Part shown: positions 11,831-25,404 of the stretch, piece after piece
Position numbering within the stretch: the first letter of the stretch is position 1
Layout: each line of letters begins with the position of its first letter
Program-made: the position numbers and the translations under genes
The notes under the pieces: model-generated
What the model saw: only the letters and a program-made list of their open reading frames with translations
What the model was told of the DNA's origin: nothing
Database searches by the model: none
Assembly: GCF_009914755.1 (NCBI RefSeq)
Contig: NC_060934.1
Direction: 5' to 3' (one strand)
Source: the human T2T-CHM13v2.0 reference genome, Homo sapiens
DNA: 64,000 nucleotides

Positions 11831-12289
11831 GAAAAACAATTTTGTATGCCCTGAATTATTTATGGAATTTTGTAACTTGAGGTTTGCTGACCTAAGTTGT
11901 GAGGTTAAAGGTTTAGATATTGGAATTATACTAACTTCTAGGCTGAAAGTGAGCTCTGCCATTCATGCTCAAGACTGTTTGCTTTCTGACATTTTAGGTT
12001 TTTATTCTTTCCAAGTATTTATCACAATTAGGGAGAAGGCATTCAAACCTTAGTATAAATGGTTAATCTGAATACAGACTAGGAAGACTTGGGTCATTCA
12101 AATTCACAAACCTGTGTAAGACTGCATTGCTCACCCCTTCGGGATGGTTTTTCTTGGTACTCATTGGACTGCAAAGGGTAGCACGGTACTGTGCCACCCC
12201 AAGACGACCTTAGTAAGAAGCCTGGGTAGGATGCAGCTGTTCAGGGGCTAGTGTCTGCTGGGACTATGAGGTTCTAATTTAACCTCACC

Positions 12290-12420
12290 TAATGTCTCAC
12301 TTCTATTATTATCCAATTTTACAGCCAGTCCATGTGAGGCACAGCCTTGCCAAAGTTACATGACTAAATAGAGAAGCTGCGATTTAGAACCACATTTTCT
12401 CACTCCAAATCTTGCTATCT
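12290..12420 (-). mobile_element. MIR
   Basis: attattatccaattttacag..tgaggcacag..ttgccaaagttacatgactaaa..gatttagaacc. Confidence 0.65.
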
Positions 12421-12849
12421 CAATCATTATATTGTACCTTATTTGCTGAATGAATGATTGAATGAATGAATGAAGGATGAATGGGTAATAAATAGAGAGA
12501 CATTTTACTACATAAAAGCTTTCCTAAGTTATGGGAAAATATTTCTGAGATAGTTATTTCTGTATATTTGCTAAGGGATTAGTAATTTTCAAAGTTAGGA
12601 TGCCACATGTCATAACTGGAGTCTATTACAGTTAATCTTATGGGGTCTGAGTTAATGCGCTATAATGAACATGGTTGTAAACAGAAAGGACACCCATTTT
12701 TGCATTAAATGCCATTAGCTGGTCTGAGAGCACCTTGAGATTATGACATACTCCTCATTTTGCCATTTTTTTCCCTGTCAGCATGGAGCACAGGTTCTGG
12801 TAGAGCGAGAGTGCTTTACAAAGACTTGCTGAGGATGAGTGGATTAAAT

Positions 12850-13280
12850 CTTTCACTCATCCAACCGCTTAAGTCCCTGCTGCACTGAGTTAGGAGCTGG
12901 GTCTAGAGTGGTGAGAGAATGATCCACAATTTCTGTTCTGATGAATATTTGGAACAAATGAAGGAGTGCTCCAAAGGAAATTGGGATGGTGTGTGGTTGA
13001 GGACAATGAGGGTACTAAACAAAGTGAAAAAGACCTCAGAAAAGTGGTCGAACGAGGCCTCTCTTGGCAAGTCACATATTATATTAGATATGTGAAGGTG
13101 ATGTTTGAAGGAAGAGAGTGAATTAGAAGGATGTGTGCATACCAGGGGCAAGCGCATCTAAGGGAGAGCAGCCCTTGCAAAGACCCTGTGCTGAGAGTGG
13201 CATGCTTTGCCTGAGAACCTCAAGAATGGCCATGGTGGCTGGAACAAAGTGAGTGAAGGGTAGAGTAGGAAGAGATCACG
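12850..13280 (-). mobile_element. L2 3' fragment
   Basis: tgcaaagaccctgtg..gagaacctcaagaatggccatggtggctggaacaaagtgagtgaagggtagagtagga is typical of L2a/b. Confidence 0.65.
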
Positions 13281-13345
13281 TGTTAATGGCATGACAGAGA
13301 TTGTTCATGAAAGTACCTTTTCTATCTTTGGAATGATCTCAGTAG

Positions 13346-13658
<313 letters not shown>

Positions 13659-14489
13659 TGGAGTGATCTCATTCTTTTTGCTTAGAAAGATTATTAAAAT
13701 ATTTCGCAAATGATTGGACCCTGAGTAGATTGGCAAGTTAACTTACAGAACTAGGTTTGAGAAAGTTTTTCTCTCAGATTTGAATTGATTTGCTTGAATC
13801 ATTTTTTTTTCTAATTTTGTCCAACCATTAGCTCTGGAATATGGTACATTAAAAACAATTTGCATTGCTCCATTGCTGCTAATATCAAGGTCAATATTGT
13901 CAAAAGGCATGGAGATAGAAGGTCAAGATGATGCCTCAAACAGCATCAGTAATTTAGGACAGCCTGTCACAAGAGTTAAAGTGATTGATAAGCAGGAAGA
14001 AGTATGAACAATTCATTATAAAGGGGACTGGATGACTTAGATGTTAAGCCTACTTTAATTTTCTGCATAGCAATTATATTGCTGATTCACATATGAAAGT
14101 ATTAGGAGACTTGGGATAATTGCAGCTGAGGACACATCTTTTCCATTGTTCGTGGGACATAACTAAATTCTCTGATAAATTAATCATAGAACTTATGGGA
14201 AATAATTTAAACAGCAACAACAATGATAATACCTCATATCTCTACAGCACATTGTTGCCTTCAGAGCACTTTCAGGTAGGCCATTAGACAAACCAGTGAG
14301 GGAGAAAAAGACTGGCCTGGGAAAGTTAAATGACCCTGGTTCCACTGAAAGTTCATGGAAATGCAGATCTTGTGTTAATCATGTCTTCTCCTTCAGTCAC
14401 TTCTCAATTCTACCTCAAAAGCTCAGACTCTTAAAGGTTTCACACCTTGCCTTGCATTATGTGCTTGAAGCCCAGCAATAACACTGGAA

Positions 14490-14605
14490 CTTGGGTAATG
14501 CAGATATCGATTGCCCAATTTACAGACAAAGAAACTGAGTTGCAGGGAGGTAATGTGACTTCAGTCAGAGAAAGTGATAGAATACTACATTCTGACTCCT
14601 GAGGA
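14490..14605 (-). mobile_element. MIR
   Basis: cccaatttacagacaaagaaactgagttgcagggaggtaatgtgactt core. Confidence 0.7.
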
Positions 14606-15274
14606 TTTTTTTTCTTATTAATATTTTGAGTACATAAAAATTGTCTAATCCCATGAGCTTGGGAGCTTGTTGACTTAGAAACTAGGTCTTTTGTACATTG
14701 AGACAGGTACCGTTTTCCTCTATCCAAAGACAAAATTGAATTATTTTCTGTTACGACTATTCTCTAGGATGTAATTTATTTTTAGGGACCTTTCATTTCC
14801 AGACTTCCAGAAGATTCAAATTGGAATCTTCTTATCATCATTACTATTCTTTTTATTATTTTCATATCCAGGGTGTCTATAAATCCTCTTATTTTTTTTC
14901 TTGTTCTACTTTCCCCAGTAAATAACCTTTTGTAAGAACCACCCACCCCCGCCCCCACCATTCCAGTGTCTTTTTATTTTATTTTTTTTCCAGTGTCTTT
15001 TATTTTGATCCTGCTTCAATTTTAGAAGATCACAATAAGAAATAACATGGGGAGAGCAGACCTAATAGAGATTAGGATCCATCATTAGACATAAATGAGA
15101 CACAGAAGAGAACAATTAAAATTGGAATCCTACAGGTATGAACTGTTACCATATAATGTTTTTTTAAAGGTGTTAGCCTTTCTCATCCTTAAATTGCCTT
15201 CAACAGGAATTCTCTTTTTGGAATATGTAAACCATGGGTGGGATACAGAAGTAACCTACTCTAAATGGAAGGGC

Positions 15275-15450
15275 AAAGTGGTGATAAGATTGGGTTTTTG
15301 AATCAGATAATCTTGAGTTCAAACCTCAACTCTATCACTTATGAATTTGTGATTGTGTAAAAGTTAAGGAACCTCTGTGTGGTAGTTAACTCTTCTGTCA
15401 AATGGGAAAATGACTTTGTCCCTCATAAAGAAGGTGTGAAGAGAATAAAG
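15275..15450 (+). mobile_element. MIR
   Basis: gtggtgataaga..tttgaatcagataatcttgagttcaaacctcaactctatcactta..ctgtcaaatggga. Confidence 0.7.
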
Positions 15451-15679
15451 ACACACAAAATAATGCCTTACTGTGCTTAGTTTAGCTTACAGATGGATTT
15501 ATGTCAACCCTAGATGTGCGTGGGTGGACAGCTGATCACTGTTATTTTGCTTTTATGACTACTGTATACTGAACGCTCACTCTGCCAGGCAATCTGAATG
15601 GAGCTAGACATTCAGTGGAGAATGAAAGACATTAGATCCCTCTCCTCATGAAGTTTACATGTTAAAATAGAAAAATATA

Positions 15680-16054
<375 letters not shown>

Positions 16055-16518
16055 TAACAATTTGGAAATGTACTTCGAAGGAAACTAATAAGATGTTATT
16101 ACAGAAAACAGAAAGGACAGGTACTTAAAGTGGTCAGAGAAGGCCTTTTGAGAGGATGCCCCAAAAAGAGTATACATCGTGTAATCAAATACTGTGGTCA
16201 AGACTGTTCAGCACAGTGCATATCCTGTGCAAAGGCTCTGAGATGTGATCAAAACCACTTAAAACTGATGTATCATCAAGGAGTTCATGATTCAATTCAA
16301 CTCTCCTTAAGTAAAAGATGAATGTACCTTTTTCAGACATGATATTTTAACTAGCTCATGAAATAGATCAATTTAGCACAAGAAGTATCTTTTCACATGA
16401 AGTTAAATGGTTAAATTTATAAAGTTATTACATATTACAAATCTATACTCCAATTCTTGATGAACGTTTCAAGAACATGTTGACTTTTCTCAAGGAAAAT
16501 GACAAAACTATACATTTC

Positions 16519-16568
16519 ATATATATATTATATATATATATATATTCTTATTTATTTATTTATTTATT
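16519..16568. repeat. (TA)n + (TTTA)n microsatellite
   Basis: Read directly. Confidence 0.85.
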
Positions 16569-17522
16569 CTTCTGTGATTTTCCTCAGTGGCATTTGCTAA
16601 TCATCTAGTCCAGGAAAGCTCTTGGGAAAACTATTTATGTAAGGTAGATACCATGATAATAATAACGCAAGAGAGAGGAAGTCACATAGACTAAGAGTGG
16701 TTCTGTATTTCCAAGGAGGAATACATTATTTATTGCTGAGAATTTATGAAAAATTTTGCAGAATAGGAAATCTATAAGTCCTAATTCTATAAACATGATG
16801 AGGAAACTTTTCCACATGTGGAATTTCATTTTAATAAGTGACTATATATAATGCCATATATCAGCATTATGCTTAGACTGGCACAGAGGGTGTCTGAAGG
16901 GAAATGATAGATGGGGAAACCTAGGTGGCCCCATGTAATAGGGGATCTGTATTTTAAGAAGTTTAGGCCTTTTTATTTTATGGCAGGGAGAATTCAGTCC
17001 AAAAACTATGGAAGGTTTACGGTTAGAATGAAAATTTTCTGAGCAAGTTATCAAGACTATCTACCAATTACTTCAATAATTAGGCCTAAAGTAAAGCATT
17101 TCTGAATTAGATAAGTCATTTTTATTTGTACAGAAGAACACTTCATTAATATATTTCAAACCAATGGCAGGTTTACAAGTTATTTAATAGTGGCATATAA
17201 GCATAAAGCAGTTGGAAGAAACCAATAGTGATTTGGATAATGCTTGTGTATATATTTTCAAACTTATTTATAAATAATAAATTAGCACTCCATTAAGAAC
17301 ACATGAGATCATGATTTGGGGAGTGGAAAGGGAGGGAACCCATGCCCGGATAAACAAAGAGTCTAATGAATCTAATGAGTCTGAGCTGGGTAGAAAATAT
17401 TAATAGTAGTCAACATTCTTTCATGAAGGACGTGGGATAAAAATGTGTCCATTATTTGTGCTGGATGCTGAGTGGTCTGGATGGCTCATTGTCAGAAAAA
17501 ACAACTTTCTTCACTGCTTTTT

Positions 17523-18068
17523 TGTTCTAGTAACTCTTGCTGTATAATACGTTAGCCCAAAACTTAGTGGTGTGAAACAACTGTTTTATTTTGCTCATGA
17601 TTTTTGGCTTATGAATTATAAAAGAACCCAGGTGGACAGTTCTCTCTTGGGATCCCTCACACTGTTGCAGTCAAACATTTTCTGGGCTGTGGTTGATTGG
17701 CCTGCTCATATAAGATGGTTTACTCAGGTGGCTGGCAGTTGATGCTGGCTGTCAGCTGGAAACTCAGCTGGTGTTGTCAGCCAAAGCATCTACATGTGGC
17801 TTTGTCAGCTTTGTATTCTTAAAATAATCAGACTTCTTATGTGGCAACTGGCTTCCCACCCTGAGCAAGCGCCCCAAGAGACCAGAGGGTAGCTGAGCCT
17901 GCATGGTCTTCTGTGACCCAGCCTTAGTAGTCACCCAGGGTCAATTCCTTCATACCGTATTGTTGAAAGCAGTTAGTCTACCCAGGCCCAAAGAGAAGAA
18001 ACATAGAGTCCAACTCCTTGTAAAAAGAGAATTAAGGTTTTTGTTTGGTAAAGATGATGACTGCTACA
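17523..18068 (-). mobile_element. MaLR solo LTR, MLT1F/G/H-like
   Basis: cccaaaacttagtggtgtgaaacaa, aagatggtttactca..ggctggcagttgatgctggctgtcagctggaaactcagctg, gacccagccttagtagtcac. Confidence 0.8.
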
Positions 18069-18104
18069 GATTTCTTAATGATTTGTGGTCATTAAGAAAT
18101 CTAT

Positions 18105-18162
18105 GGCTGGGCGTGGTGGCTCACGCCTGTAATTCCAGCACTTTTGGAGGCCGAGGTGGATC
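18105..18162 (+). mobile_element. Alu 5' fragment (first ~58 nt only)
   Basis: ggctgggcgtggtggctcacgcctgtaattccagcacttttggaggccgaggtggatc, then homology stops abruptly; no tail. Confidence 0.92.
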
Positions 18163-18254
18163 TTATCTTATGTATTATTATATTCTAAACATAATATAAT
18201 GGGGACCATTTCTTAATGAAGGCATTGATAATGAAGACCTCAAAAATACATGGA

Positions 18255-18612
18255 GGGATGCCACGACATAGTTGAACTCTGATACATTATGTAAATGAAA
18301 GAAACCATTCAGAAAAGGCCACATACTGTATGAGTCCATATATACATATATATATATATGTATATATATATAAATAAAATGTCCAGAATACACAGAAACC
18401 ACAGAGACAGAAAATAGATTAGTGGTGGCTAAGGGGTGGAGGGAAGGGGAAAATGGGGAATGACTGATAATAGGTATGGGATTTGGGGGAGAAGAGTGAT
18501 GAGAGGTTGATGGTTGTACAACCTTCTGAATATTGTACAACCTTCTGAATATTGTAAAACCAGTGAATTGTATAATTTAAAAGGGCAAATGTTTGTGATA
18601 TCCAAATGTATC
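18255..18612 (+). mobile_element. L1MB-type 3' end, containing (TA)n and a 19-bp tandem duplication
   Basis: aaaaggccacatactgtatga..aaatgtccagaata..cagaaaatagattagtggtggct; ttgtacaaccttctgaata twice at 18514-18551. Confidence 0.8.
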
Positions 18613-18922
18613 TTTTCTTTTCTTGTATCTCAAGAAAAGAAGAAGTTCACAGATGAATTTCTAAAATCTCAAAATACTGTGTTATCAATTCCAAAATTAA
18701 TATTCTTGCATACGTTAGCACTCTGGAATTAGTCTCATGATAGCTGTGTGATTGTTTTCTCTCTCAGTAGTACACAAAGTGATGTTGTATCATAAAATTC
18801 ACTACATTTTAAAGTTGATAAAATATGGTATATTTCTGATTTTACTTATCACCAGATACAAAGGTAACTATTGCAAATCTGTATTTCAAAGAATTTACAC
18901 TGGACAAATTGTTGGATAGATT

Positions 18923-19119
18923 TGCCTCAGGCTCCTGAGCAGCTGGGATTATAGGCACCACCACCATCCCTGACTAATTTTTGTATTTTTAGTACGGACA
19001 GGATTTCAGCATGTAAGCCAGGCTGGTCTCGAACTCCTGACCTCAGGTGATCTACCTGCTTCAGCTTCCCAAAGTGCTGGGATTACAGGGGATTACAAAG
19101 TGCTGGGCCGCTCCTGGCC
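18923..19119 (-). mobile_element. Alu S-type fragment lacking its 3' ~90 nt and tail; scrambled 5' end
   Basis: tgcctcag..ctaatttttgtatttttagta..tgacctcaggtgatc..aaagtgctgggattaca. Confidence 0.93.
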
Positions 19120-20139
19120 CAGTGTTTTTTACTTGATATTTATAAGGAGGAAAGGAAGGAAGAAAGAGGAGAAAAAGAAGGAGGAAAGATGAGGGAAAGA
19201 TAGGACAGGTGGAAGGAAAGACTGATTTTACCAAATGACGTTTGTTTGTTTTTGTCTACCTTAATTCAAAACAAGCTCTTGCTGGGAGGAATGGAGGCTG
19301 AGGAAGCCATGACCAAAAGTATAATTAGTATCACTGCAACGAGCTGGGGTAACCTCAGGCATGTCTCAGAGCCTCTGTCGTCCTCAAACATCAAATGAAG
19401 GCATCAACAATTGCAAACGTTCAAATCTACTGATATTTCCTCCACTCCTTAGTTGTTCTTTGTCTAGAAAACTCCAGCCTAATCTTTGGACTCTGAACAC
19501 TCATCAGAAAACTATGATGTCTCTCTTAAGCTCTCAGACATTTGAGTATTTACTCTGAGTTCTAAGTGAATAACTGTTTGAGAATGAGTCCTTCACTAAA
19601 TTGTAAGATGCTCCGGGGTCAGAAAAAGGCTATTATCTTCACAACTGTGGCTTCTGACAATTGTTTGGCCAAGTGCTCAGTTAGTATGAATGGAGGGAAT
19701 TAAGGTGGGGCCTTAGCGCACCAGAAATTCCATATCTTAGGTTTTAGGTAACAGAGGCCTAAATTCTGGCAGAGCAGTAATAGAAAGAAAGTTAAACATG
19801 TGGCTGAGAGAAATCAAGAGAGATGGGAAAAAGAAAGCGAGATAAACTGAGTCCTTATTATAGGAAAAAGTTGATTCTATTAATCCAAGCAAAGTCAAGA
19901 AGAAGAATGAGTCTGGAGTATAATTCTCTGGAGTGGCATAGGAGCCATTAGCATGATTTTACGTTTCATGTGGATAACCATTTTAAAAATGTCAGTAGTT
20001 GTGTCTTAATGTGTTATAGTAAGAAAAAAAACTAACACATCAAATTTGTGATATTACAGTTAATGTTTCCTAAGAGTGGGCAAATAATGACAGGGAATTG
20101 TTTTAATTCAGTTGAAAGAATTATAATGATAGGTAAATG

Positions 20140-22540
20140 TAGGTATACATTGGGAACGTTGTGGTTTCAGTTTCCAGAGGTTTGAGACCACTGCAATAAA
20201 GAAAATGGTGCAATAAAGCAAGTGACTAGAAATGTTTGTTTTCCCAGTGCATATACAAGTTATGTTTACACTATACTGTAGTCTATAAAATATGCAATAG
20301 CATCATGTCAAAAAATGTACATATCCTAATTAAAAAACACTTTATTGATTAAAAAAAGGTAACAATCATGTGAGCCTTCAGTGAGTTATAATCCTTTTGC
20401 TGGTGGGGAGTCCTACCTCAATGTTGATGGCTGCTGACTGATCAGGGTGGTGGTTGCTGAAGGTTAGGGTGGCTTTGTCAGTTTCTTAAAATAAGACAAC
20501 AATGAAGTTTACTGTATCATTTGACTCTTCCTTTCACAAAATATTTCTCTGTAGCATGTGATGTTGCTTAATAGCATTTTACCTACAGCAGAACTGCTTT
20601 CAAAATTGGAGTCAATCCTCTCAACTACTGCCACTACTTTATCAAATAAGTTTGTGCAATATTCTAAATCCTGTGTTGTCACTTCAACAATGTTCACAGC
20701 ATCTTCAACAGGTGTAGATTTCATCTAACAAACAAACAAAAAAACACTTTCTTAGCTCTTCCCTAAGAAACAATGCATTATTTGTTCAACTTTTTCATGA
20801 GATTGCAGCAATTCAATCATGTCTTCCTGCTGTACTTCTAATTCTAGTTCTCTTGCCATTTTCACTACATCTGCAGTTACTTCCTCCACTGAAGTCTTGA
20901 ACCCCTCAAAATCATCCATGAGAGTTGGAATCAACTTCTTTCCAACCTTTGTTATTGTTGATATTTTGACTATAGATCCTTAATAGTCTTAATGGCATCT
21001 AAAATGGTGAATACTTTCCAGAAGGTTTTCAATTTACATTGCCCAGATCCATCAGAGGAATCACTATCTATGGCACCTAGGGCCTTATGAAACGTATTTC
21101 TTAGATAATAAAATTTGAAAGTTGAAATTACTTTTTGATCCATGGGCTGTGGAATGGATGTTGTATTAGCAGGCATGAAATCAACATTAATCTTGGAGCT
21201 CTGGGGTGACCAGGTGCAATTGTCAATGAACAGTAATATTTTAAAAAGAATCTTTCTTTGTGTGAGCAGTAGGTCTCAATAGTGGGCTTAAAATTAGTAA
21301 ACCATGCTGTAAACAGATATGCTGCCATCCAGGCTTTGCCATTCTATTTATAGAGCACAGGAAGAGTAGATTTAACATAATTCTTAATGACCTTACAGTT
21401 TCCGGAATGATAAATGAACCTTGGCTTCAACTTAAAGTAACCAGCTGCATTATGTAACAAGAGAGTCAGCGGTTCCTTTGAAATTTTAAAGCCAGTCATT
21501 GACTTCTCTCTAGCTATGAGGGTTTTAGATGGCATCCCTTCCATTAAAAAGCTGTTTCATCCATATTGAAAACCTGTTGTTTATTGTAGCCACCTTCATC
21601 AATTATCTTAGCTAGATCTTCTTGATTACTTGCTGTTCCTTCTACATCAACATTTGCTGTTTCACATGTACTTTTATTTTATGGAGATGGCTTCTTTCCT
21701 TAAACCTCGTGAAGCAACCTCTGCTGGTTCCCAACTTTTCTTCTGCAGCCTCCTCACCTCTCTCGGCCTTCATAGAATTGAAGAGAGTTAAGGCTTTCTT
21801 GTGGATAAAGCTTTGGTTTAGGGTAATGTTGTGGCTCGTTTGATCTTCTATTCAGACCACTAAAACTTTCTCCATATTAGCAATAAGGCTTTTTTGCTTT
21901 CTTATTATCTGTGTGTTCATTGGAGTAGCACTTTTAATTTTCCTCAGGAACTTTTCCTTTGCATTCACAACTTGGCTCAATGTTTAGCACAAGGAGCCTG
22001 GATTTCCACCTGTCTCAGCTTTTGACATGCCTCCCTCACTAAGCTTAATCATTTCCAGCATTAGGTTAAAAGTGAGAGAGAATGTGACTCTTCCTTTTGC
22101 TTGCTCACACAGAGGCGGTTGTAAGTTTATTAATTGGCCTAATTTTAATATTGTGTGTCAGGAAATAGGTAGACTGAGAAGAGGGAGAGAGAAAGGGAAT
22201 GGCTGGTTGGTGAAGCAGTCAGAACACACATAACATTTATTGATTAATGTCACTGTCTTATATGGGCATGGTTTGTGCTGCACCAAGACATTTACGGTAG
22301 TAACCTCTTAAAGATCAGGATTACAGATCATCATAACAGATATAAAAATCATGAAAAAGTTTGAGATATTAAGAGAGTTAATGAAAGACACACAAAGACA
22401 GGAAGTGAGCACATGCCGTTGGTAAAATGGCACTGATATAAACTTCCTCGATGCAGGGTTGTCACAAACCTTTAATTTGTAAAAAACTCAGTATCTGCAA
22501 ATTGCAATCAAGTGAAGCACAATAAAATAAGCTATACCTT
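20140..22540 (-). mobile_element. Full-length Tigger1 DNA transposon (TcMar-Tigger)
   Basis: About 2.4 kb; degenerate TIRs taggtatacat (20140) and gctatacctt followed by TA (22541-22542); ORF fragments match the Tigger1/TIGD1-type transposase. Confidence 0.95.
20752..22120 (-). pseudogene. Disrupted Tigger1 transposase (pogo-like DDE)
   Basis: Fragments [49 protein letters not shown] and [17 protein letters not shown] are broken by stops and frameshifts. Confidence 0.9.
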
Positions 22541-22580
22541 TAGGGTCCAATCTGTGGAGAAAGGAATGAATAAATATGGT

Positions 22581-23002
22581 TATATCAATCAGGGTTCCCC
22601 CAAGAGACAAAACCAACAGAAGATATATGTGTGTGAGCACACAGAGAGAGAGAGATGATTGATTTTGATTTTAAGGAATTGACTCATATAATTGAGTGTT
22701 GGCAAGTTCAAAGCCTGTAGGCAGACCAGCAGGCTGAAAACAGGAAGGATTCTTGTATTACAGTCTTGAGGAAGAACTCCTTCTTTCTGAAAACCCTCAG
22801 TTTTTGCTCTTAAGGCCTTCAACTGATCGGATGAGGCTCACTCATCACCCATTATCAAGGATAATCTCTTTTATTTAAATCAACTGATCATAAATATTAA
22901 TCAACTCTATAAAATACCTTATTAGCAACATCAAAACTACTATTTCACCAAACAACTGAGCACCATCATTTAGCCAAATTGACATTAAAATTAACCATTC
23001 CA
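22581..23002 (-). mobile_element. ERVL solo LTR, MLT2D-like
   Basis: cagggttcccc..aaccaacagaagatata..taaggaattgactcat..cttaaggccttcaactgat..tagccaaattgacattaaaattaaccat. Confidence 0.85.
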
Positions 23003-23199
23003 GAGGGAAACATTTGGTGAGGTCAGATTTACAAATAATGAGTTGCAGATACTGCTGGATTATATGGGTAAAAATGCTCAGTGAAGTCTTAGAAATGAAA
23101 GCAATTCATGAGCAATCAATCTGCCTTCACTTTTTCACCTATTTTTATTCAGAAAGTCACTTAGTCTGGAAAATGTCGTTCATATGGTTGCATGCCCTA

Positions 23200-24100
23200 T
23201 TGTTAAGTGAATGAGTGTTTCAAGGGCTTTCCTGTTAGGTTTATTTCATTTAGCTCTGTTGCAGCATTACGATGTAAGTGCTTACCACAAAGGTTTGCTA
23301 ATGAGTGCCCTTAATTTGTATTCAGATGGGAGCAAAGAGAAGGAAAAATACACAAGAAGGAGTCTTGTAATTATGCTACATAAAATTATTAGGCAATTTA
23401 GAAAATTGTCAGTGGGAAACTGCCCATCATGCATAAAAATAATTTTGATTTTGATGTACAGAGTTTAATGTAAGAGTGATTGTAGGGAGACCATGTTATT
23501 AATTTTTCCCTTAATTATCCAAGCACACTTGAATTTATTTTAAGGAAAGTGATACTTTATAAAGTTGAGTCACGCTACTCCAGAGAATACTTGTTTTCGT
23601 TCTGTGACAAAGTTTATTTTGCAGGGCTTGCTGTGAACTGTATAATTGGTAGGACGTGAAAGAACCATTAATTATGTCCTTCCCCTTCCCCTAATCATAA
23701 ATAACAAAATGATGCTATATTTTCTGGCAAACTAAAGTATATGTGATGTAAAGATGTTCAGGTAATTTGTGGGCTTATCTATTGTCTTAAATATAGAACT
23801 ACTTTTCACTCATTTTTGGCATACACAGTTGTGTATTCAGATAATTGTCAGTGCAATGCTAAATGTGTTATGTTAAAAAATGATGAACATATTACCTCTC
23901 AGTTCTTGTTATAGATAATTTCTTGCAAATTTTAAGCTAGAGATAGTCAATATTTAATCAGAGAACATCTTCCCAGGATTCAAAGTATACCACATCAGCT
24001 GTTGAATGCAGTTAATTTGCATTAATGTGTTACAAATCAATGTTCTGTAGTATTTTAGGAACTGTAAAACATACCTTTCAAGACAAAGTCCAAACTCTTT
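23200..24100. promoter_or_regulatory. Repeat-free candidate developmental enhancer with E-box/octamer/SOX-like core
   Basis: TGAGTCA 23566-23572, several TAAT cores, TTCAAAG 23979-23985, CAGCTG 23996-24001, ATTTGCAT 24015-24022, ACAAATCAATG 24032-24042. Confidence 0.45.
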
Positions 24101-24689
24101 AGTATGCAATATGTAGTTAACCTATTCTGGAATGTCTCTTCTAACTGAGAGCCACCCTGTAGGGAATTACCTTAGTCTTTTAATTCCTGTTTGTATCAGG
24201 TGACTTAGCAACCACCTGCATAGCAGGAAGACGGCACCAAGGAATATATTCATCCCCTTACATAGTTTGAACTATGTGACCAAGAAATTACAGTCCATTT
24301 GTATAGAGTGCCAAGCTCTGAAGGCTGGAAGACATGTAAGTTCATGTATAAGCATAAGAAGGTTGTCCATAGAATGAAAAGAGAGGAGGAGAGAGTTAAG
24401 GGCCATCTGGGCTCCCAGAGAAAGTGAGCTCAGGTCCCCTTTGGGCCCTAAGGATGAAACAACTGCCCTTTGCCTGGATTCACTTGACTGGGTTCTTTGC
24501 TGTCATTGGTAGACACATAGAGCCCTCCTGTCTGCTTTAGTCTTGTTCTACCTTCTCAGCCTCATATAGCAATACCTCTTATATTCTGCCCCCACCCACC
24601 CTGACCATCTCAGTGATTTTTGAATAAATCTTGTCTTTCACTCGCCTCTGCCTTTGCGTAGAGGATACCTGCTGTGCAAAGGTGATGTG

Positions 24690-24890
24690 AGAAAGTCAGG
24701 TCTAAATTCACCTCCAGACTCTGCCTTTGGTGGGCTGTGTAATATTATGCACATCACTTCAATCCTTAGATTTCTCATGTCTAGTATGGAGGAAATAGTA
24801 CTTAACATGGAGACTTTTCAGGAAAATTAAGTGAGGTATTATCCACACAGCCCTCATAATGGTGCCCAACACTGTGGTTATCAATAGATT
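24690..24890 (+). mobile_element. MIR
   Basis: agtcaggtctaaattca..ctctgcc..ctgtgtaat..tcacttcaatccttagatttctcat..aattaagtgag. Confidence 0.55.
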
Positions 24891-25404
24891 TTAGTACCAT
24901 TTTTGCCAGAAAGTTGAGGCAGATTCTAATCCAACTTTTAATATCCAGATCTATCCATTATTCCCTGATTCAGTCCCCAAGGTCACTCATTCTTTCCCTT
25001 CAGCTCCACAAAAAATCCACTTACAAATATTTTATACACTAAATCACATCATAATCATTATGGATTTCTCCAAAATTAAAGTAACAACTTTTTCTGGTTC
25101 TCTGAAAATATGAATAAAAGAGGCTGATAATGCTGCATGCCCAGAGGTGAACATGGTTCAATAAGAGAGAGAGACCTTGTGGAAGTGATGCTGGAATTGA
25201 AATCCAAGGATTGAGTAGTGGCAATGGAAGAAGAGAATAGTATTCCAGGCAAAATACATGGATATAGATTCCAGGGGAATTATGTATGAAGAAGGAGCAT
25301 AGTGAAACTTAGGCCCTGCAAGGCCAGTGCAGCAGAGATAAGCCTGTTTCCTTGGGTAATGGTAGGGACTGTAGGGCACAGTGAACAGTGTTTATGTCAT
25401 TCTA

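Noticed and set aside
20509-21544. Functional TIGD1-like transposase gene
   Set aside because: Multiple stops and frameshifts; ordinary decayed Tigger1.
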